From contig JBOEGD010000014.1 of assembly GCA_050633245.1 (NCBI GenBank), positions 106,591 through 158,513 of the forward strand: a stretch of DNA of 51,923 nt, in the 5' to 3' direction. This stretch comes from Calditrichia bacterium (GTDB lineage Bacteria; Calditrichota; Calditrichia; RBG-13-44-9; J075). A model generated the notes under the pieces. The model had not been told where the DNA came from. It was given only the letters and a program-made list of their open reading frames with translations, and did no database searches. Shown in pieces: positions 48,186 through 51,923 of the stretch. Every line of letters begins with the position of its first letter. Within the stretch, counting starts at the first letter, position 1. Both the position numbers and the translations under genes were made by a program.

Positions 48186-48461
48186 TTATAATTCATCAAT
48201 CAAAGGCCTGTAGAGCAAAACTGTTCTGCCAAGAATTTGAATAAGCTGTGCCTGCGATTTACGTGTGAGTATATCGGCAGCTTCGCGTTTATCCAACGGA
48301 CAGCTTTCCTGTAATTTTACTTTTACCAGTTCTTTGGTATTAAAACTATTATTAAGGGAAGCAAGCGTGCCATCAGAAATACCGTCTTTTCCAATCCACA
48401 GCTCACAGCGCAAACGATTTCCACGCGCTCGAAGAGCTCTTTTTTGCTTACCTGTTAACAT
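48186..48461 (-). CDS. yhbY: CRM-domain RNA-binding protein
   Basis: LTGKQKRALR, IGKDG, ELVKVK, QILGRTVLLYR. Confidence 0.92.
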   Translation of the reverse strand: MLTGKQKRALRARGNRLRCELWIGKDGISDGTLASLNNSFNTKELVKVKLQESCPLDKREAADILTRKSQAQLIQILGRTVLLYRPLIDEL

Positions 48462-48526
48462 TGTTGTTCCATAATTCACCTCGATAGAAATATAGGCACC
48501 TCCTTCTCCATATGCAAGCTCACTCG

Positions 48527-49585
48527 CTAAGCACCTTGTGCTGCGTCGGCGGCATTTATTCCTTCTTCGATCACCTGTAGCTGTATAGCGATCGCCAAAG
48601 GCAAATCCAGGGAACGAAGGCGAAAACGCTTTAAGATATCATCTAGTTGCTCTCCAGCAAATGCGCGCTGCTGAAGCTCCGGCTTTATTAGGCGAAAAGC
48701 AAGATAATTTTCCGGAACCCCGGGCTTCAAATCTCCCGAGTTCTGAAGCAGGAACAAGGGCAGCTCGGTAACCAAACAGAGTGGGTCTCCACCAAGGTCA
48801 CGCACAAACTCCATTGAGCTGAGATGAAACTTCTGTGCCGTCTCTGCGTCATCTTGTGCTAAAAAATAGTCCTGCATTGCCCGACCACGAGGAGTTGTTG
48901 TAAATCCCGGTGCGATGTAATCAAAGCCTTTCTCACCGGCGCGGTCATGGGAATGAAGCTGCAAGCCGGCCTTTTTCGCATGCTGAACAAAATTTTGGCG
49001 TAGCTGGTCCGTTCTATTTATCCAGTCTCTATCAATCAACAACATCGCTCCTTCAGAAAATGCCATCCCGTGCAAACTGACATGCAGTTCGATAGGAGAA
49101 TACTTGCGTAGAAACTCTGCAACTGCCGTATTCTCGACACGCATGGACGGATAGCCAAACTCCAGATCCCGTCCCGGCAATTCACGAAAGGCATGCTTCA
49201 AATATTCCGATAAATCCGGCCAAAATTTTGCCCATTGCCAATTGCGTTCCTCACCATCGGGGTTAACCTGAGGGATGATAAGCAAACAATAGGTTTCAAG
49301 AAGCTTTGCATAATGCTTTCTGTTTTCGAGAAGTTCCTTAACAAGAACCCGCAGCGTCTCGGGACCAACAGGCTCATCGGAATGGCTTCCGGCAATCAGG
49401 CTTATTGAACGCGAGCCGTTTCCGAGCACAAATCCATCAATAGACTTTCCCTTTTCACTTTTTCCCGGGATCACATGCAAAGCGACGTCAGAATTTTGAC
49501 TGCAAAGTTGAACAAGTTCATCCCGCACCATTTCGGCCAACCGGAAGGCTTTTGGCAAGTGTTCTTTCGACACGTTAAATAGCAT
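48527..49585 (-). CDS. M14-family zinc carboxypeptidase-like protein
   Basis: HSDE (HxxE), NPDG, RDLE, SLH; GAGGA RBS before ATG. Confidence 0.82.
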   Translation of the reverse strand: MLFNVSKEHLPKAFRLAEMVRDELVQLCSQNSDVALHVIPGKSEKGKSIDGFVLGNGSRSISLIAGSHSDEPVGPETLRVLVKELLENRKHYAKLLETYCLLIIPQVNPDGEERNWQWAKFWPDLSEYLKHAFRELPGRDLEFGYPSMRVENTAVAEFLRKYSPIELHVSLHGMAFSEGAMLLIDRDWINRTDQLRQNFVQHAKKAGLQLHSHDRAGEKGFDYIAPGFTTTPRGRAMQDYFLAQDDAETAQKFHLSSMEFVRDLGGDPLCLVTELPLFLLQNSGDLKPGVPENYLAFRLIKPELQQRAFAGEQLDDILKRFRLRSLDLPLAIAIQLQVIEEGINAADAAQGA

Positions 49586-49601
49586 AGTAATCCTCTGGAT
49601 T

Positions 49602-50291
49602 TTAAAGTCGTGAAAAAGCAGAACGAGCTTCACGAACAAACCGTCGAACCAACGCAACCGACTTTCGGCCATCAGGCCCTTCAACGCCGGTATGCACATC
49701 CACGCCGGCGGGCTTTACGATACGAATTGCCTCGCCAACATTAACAGGGTTTAATCCACCGGCAAGAACAACGGGTTTTGAGGATGCTTCAACGAGCATT
49801 CGACTAATTTGCCAATCATGCGTCTTGCCAGTTGCCCCATCGGCACCAGTAACAGGATCATGCGTATCGGTAATAAAACAATCTACCAGCCCTTCGAGTT
49901 CCAGCAGTTGCTTACGCAGCTCTTTGCGATTGCCTGTTTTTACAACCAGACTTTTGATAAGATAAAGGTCGGCGGCATTTGTTCGCAGAATATTTAACTC
50001 TTCGGTAGCTATATCGCCATGTAGCTGCACACGATGCGCACCCATATCATGGCAAAACTCAATAATTTCAGTCGCTTTTTTGAGGTAGGTTATCAGAACA
50101 GCTCGATCGGCAAGATAGTCAAAAAGTTTCGTGGCAGCTTCTTCGGATAGATCTTCGCGATTAACCGGCAGCCGAAGCGGAATTCCCAACCAATCGACGT
50201 CATTGGCAAGCAATAATTGCATTTCCTCTTCATCACAAACTCCCGCAACCTGTATCAGTGGATGCGGAATAAGACTAGCGTTTTTTGTCAT
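49602..50291 (-). CDS. trpF: Phosphoribosylanthranilate isomerase-like protein (atypical TrpF)
   Basis: VQLHG, GATGKTHDW, LAGGLNPVNV, GVDVHTGVE; N-terminal KICG motif reads QVAG. Confidence 0.75.
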   Translation of the reverse strand: MTKNASLIPHPLIQVAGVCDEEEMQLLLANDVDWLGIPLRLPVNREDLSEEAATKLFDYLADRAVLITYLKKATEIIEFCHDMGAHRVQLHGDIATEELNILRTNAADLYLIKSLVVKTGNRKELRKQLLELEGLVDCFITDTHDPVTGADGATGKTHDWQISRMLVEASSKPVVLAGGLNPVNVGEAIRIVKPAGVDVHTGVEGPDGRKSVALVRRFVREARSAFSRL

Positions 50292-51165
50292 CGCTTTTCT
50301 TAAAGCTGATGGTGCTAAGTGGCTTTCCGGTTCGTAGCGATTCCATCACCATTAACACACCATCAACAACCACCTTCGGCTGCTCAAACTGCACGTAGCT
50401 ACCGCTATTGGCTGCGATTAACAGCTTACTGTTCCGCGACAGGCGGGTTAGCTTCTTCTGCTGGAGCTCCCAGGTTTTTTCCAGCTTTCGTGCATTTTGA
50501 CGGGGCTGAAAGTTATGCTTTGTCCCGGCTATTACAACCAGTGGTTTTTTGCCTAATTTGCGTGCGTTACGCACCAGGTTTCGGCTGGCATTTTGCGAGC
50601 TGTATTCCAAACGAATACCGCGCGGCATCTGGACACTTTTATTGACTCGTAATGATTTCTCCCAGCTCACACGCTGACGAGGCGTCATACTTTTTTTGCG
50701 GATGGCATCAAAGTCTTCATGAGGGGAATCGACCAGAACCATTCCGGCTGTTTCTTCAGGATACATGGAAGCGAAGACACGCATGTTCCAACCGCCAAAC
50801 TCATGGCCGACTAAAATATAGGGGCCTTTTAAATCTGCCCGTTTTAACATTTTATAGAGGTCTTCTGCAATATCTTTGCTTGTTCGCGGACCGGCAGCAT
50901 TATCGCTTTTACCCAATCCCGCGCGATCGTATACCACAACCTGAGCGTGTCGCTTCAGCTTGGGAATGATATTCGACCAGGCTTTGGAAAAATCCTTTAG
51001 TCCGGCATCGAAAACAACCACCGGGCCACGGTCTCCATGCTTGCAGAAGTATAGGCGATGTCCATCGACATCAACTTTTCCGCAATCGCCTTTCGCAAAA
51101 GCTACCAGAGGCAACACCCACATCAATCCCAACAGCAGGGGTAGTTGAATGACAGCTTTTTTCAT
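50275..51165 (-). CDS. Secreted alpha/beta-hydrolase-fold protein with substituted catalytic residues
   Basis: Signal peptide; YDRAGLGKSD, GPYILVGHEFGG, GMVLVDS, NSGSYVQFEQP. Confidence 0.88.
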   Translation of the reverse strand: MKKAVIQLPLLLGLMWVLPLVAFAKGDCGKVDVDGHRLYFCKHGDRGPVVVFDAGLKDFSKAWSNIIPKLKRHAQVVVYDRAGLGKSDNAAGPRTSKDIAEDLYKMLKRADLKGPYILVGHEFGGWNMRVFASMYPEETAGMVLVDSPHEDFDAIRKKSMTPRQRVSWEKSLRVNKSVQMPRGIRLEYSSQNASRNLVRNARKLGKKPLVVIAGTKHNFQPRQNARKLEKTWELQQKKLTRLSRNSKLLIAANSGSYVQFEQPKVVVDGVLMVMESLRTGKPLSTISFKKSDDKKR

Positions 51166-51312
51166 TTTTCTTCTCTTTTCATCTCGGACAGGCATTTCAG
51201 CTTCCGCTTGCACACATCCACAAAACGCCCGTTACTGAACTGCGGTAATGTAGTGCAATATTGACTTATCTGAAAGAAACAATACTGCAACACTTCAATT
51301 CCGCGATATCTT

Positions 51313-51456
51313 TTATTTTAACGGTAAACTGCGTTTAACCGCAACGTAATTTTTTGGAGATTTAACTTTTTTGCGGCAACCGCTCTGGCTCGTATGTTCG
51401 GCCTTAACAGCGCCTTTCTCCGATTGTATATCAAAAACAGTCTCGATTAAATCCAT
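51313..51456 (-). CDS. Possible small basic protein (47 aa)
   Basis: AAAGGAG RBS just before ATG; MDLIETVFDIQSEKGAVKAEHTSQSGCRKKVKSPKNYVAVKRSLPLK. Confidence 0.35.
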   Translation of the reverse strand: MDLIETVFDIQSEKGAVKAEHTSQSGCRKKVKSPKNYVAVKRSLPLK

Positions 51457-51480
51457 CTGGCTCCTTTAGGCTTCCTTTTT

Positions 51481-51517
51481 AACATATCCGCTATCTGACC
51501 AGGATAGCGGATATGTT
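51481..51517. other. Perfect 15-bp stem-loop
   Basis: AACATATCCGCTATC-TGACCAG-GATAGCGGATATGTT. Confidence 0.75.
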
Positions 51518-51843
51518 CTGTGAGGTACTACGGTTTCCTATGCTCCGAAAAGGTTCTACGGTATAACTTAGAGGTTTCGGAATTTATCTTTTAAGCCGCC
51601 AAAACAGCAGCGGACTTGTTTTTAGCATTGGGCCCTCATCTTCTTGTTGCCCTCTTTTAATCTTATTAACATCAAATTTGATACCAAAATGCCAAAAAAA
51701 CACCAATAGGCCACAAACTCAACATAAACAATTACTTACAAAACATTGCGTTTTAAATTGTTTTAAGATAGTTGATAACTTGGTTAACAAAAACCGTGAC
51801 AACTTTGTTAGCGAAAGGACATTGGTGAGCGGAATATTAGAAC

Positions 51844-51923
51844 GCGAGAAGCGAGAAGTGAGAAATGAGAAGTGAGAAGTGAGAAGTGAGAAGCGAGATG
51901 CGAGAAGTGAGAAGTGAGAAGTG
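51844..51923. repeat. Heptamer tandem array (GTGAGAA/GCGAGAA), about 11 units, truncated by window end
   Basis: Directly visible 7-nt periodicity. Confidence 0.95.

Noticed and set aside
51600-51830. Replication origin (AT-rich, GTTGATAAC)
   Set aside because: No cluster of TTATCCACA-type boxes and no dnaA/rpmH context; more likely a promoter region

Overview
A 52-kb bacterial chromosome segment. Two proteins carry C-terminal 'QNYPNPFNP' Por/T9SS-type sorting domains, which together with the gene repertoire suggests a non-Bacteroidia FCB-group organism such as Calditrichota (inference). It holds about 48 genes. Housekeeping genes include kbl-like, pgpA, gcdH-like, nnr, acpS, an EF-G paralog, rsmF-like, prenyl synthase, ptsN-like, yhcC and yhbY. 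Signalling modules include a sigma-54 activator beside a di-heme cytochrome, a CHASE kinase with degenerate HD regulator, an ECF sigma/anti-sigma pair with a YHS protein, and a cNMP kinase with a receiver-TrxR fusion. Most notable: (1) an archaeal-type HMG-CoA synthase/thiolase/DUF35 operon plus a type-I GGPP-synthase-like gene; (2) an uncharacterised MarR module (His/Asp-rich secreted protein, DUF2024, Rof-like protein) with visible operator boxes; (3) an operon with a catalytically altered alpha/beta hydrolase, an atypical TrpF and an M14 peptidase; (4) dispersed 7/14-nt tandem repeats and REP-like palindromes, with the window starting and ending inside heptamer arrays. No rRNA, tRNA, CRISPR array, transposase or integrase was recognised. 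All calls come from reading motifs by eye; no searches were run.
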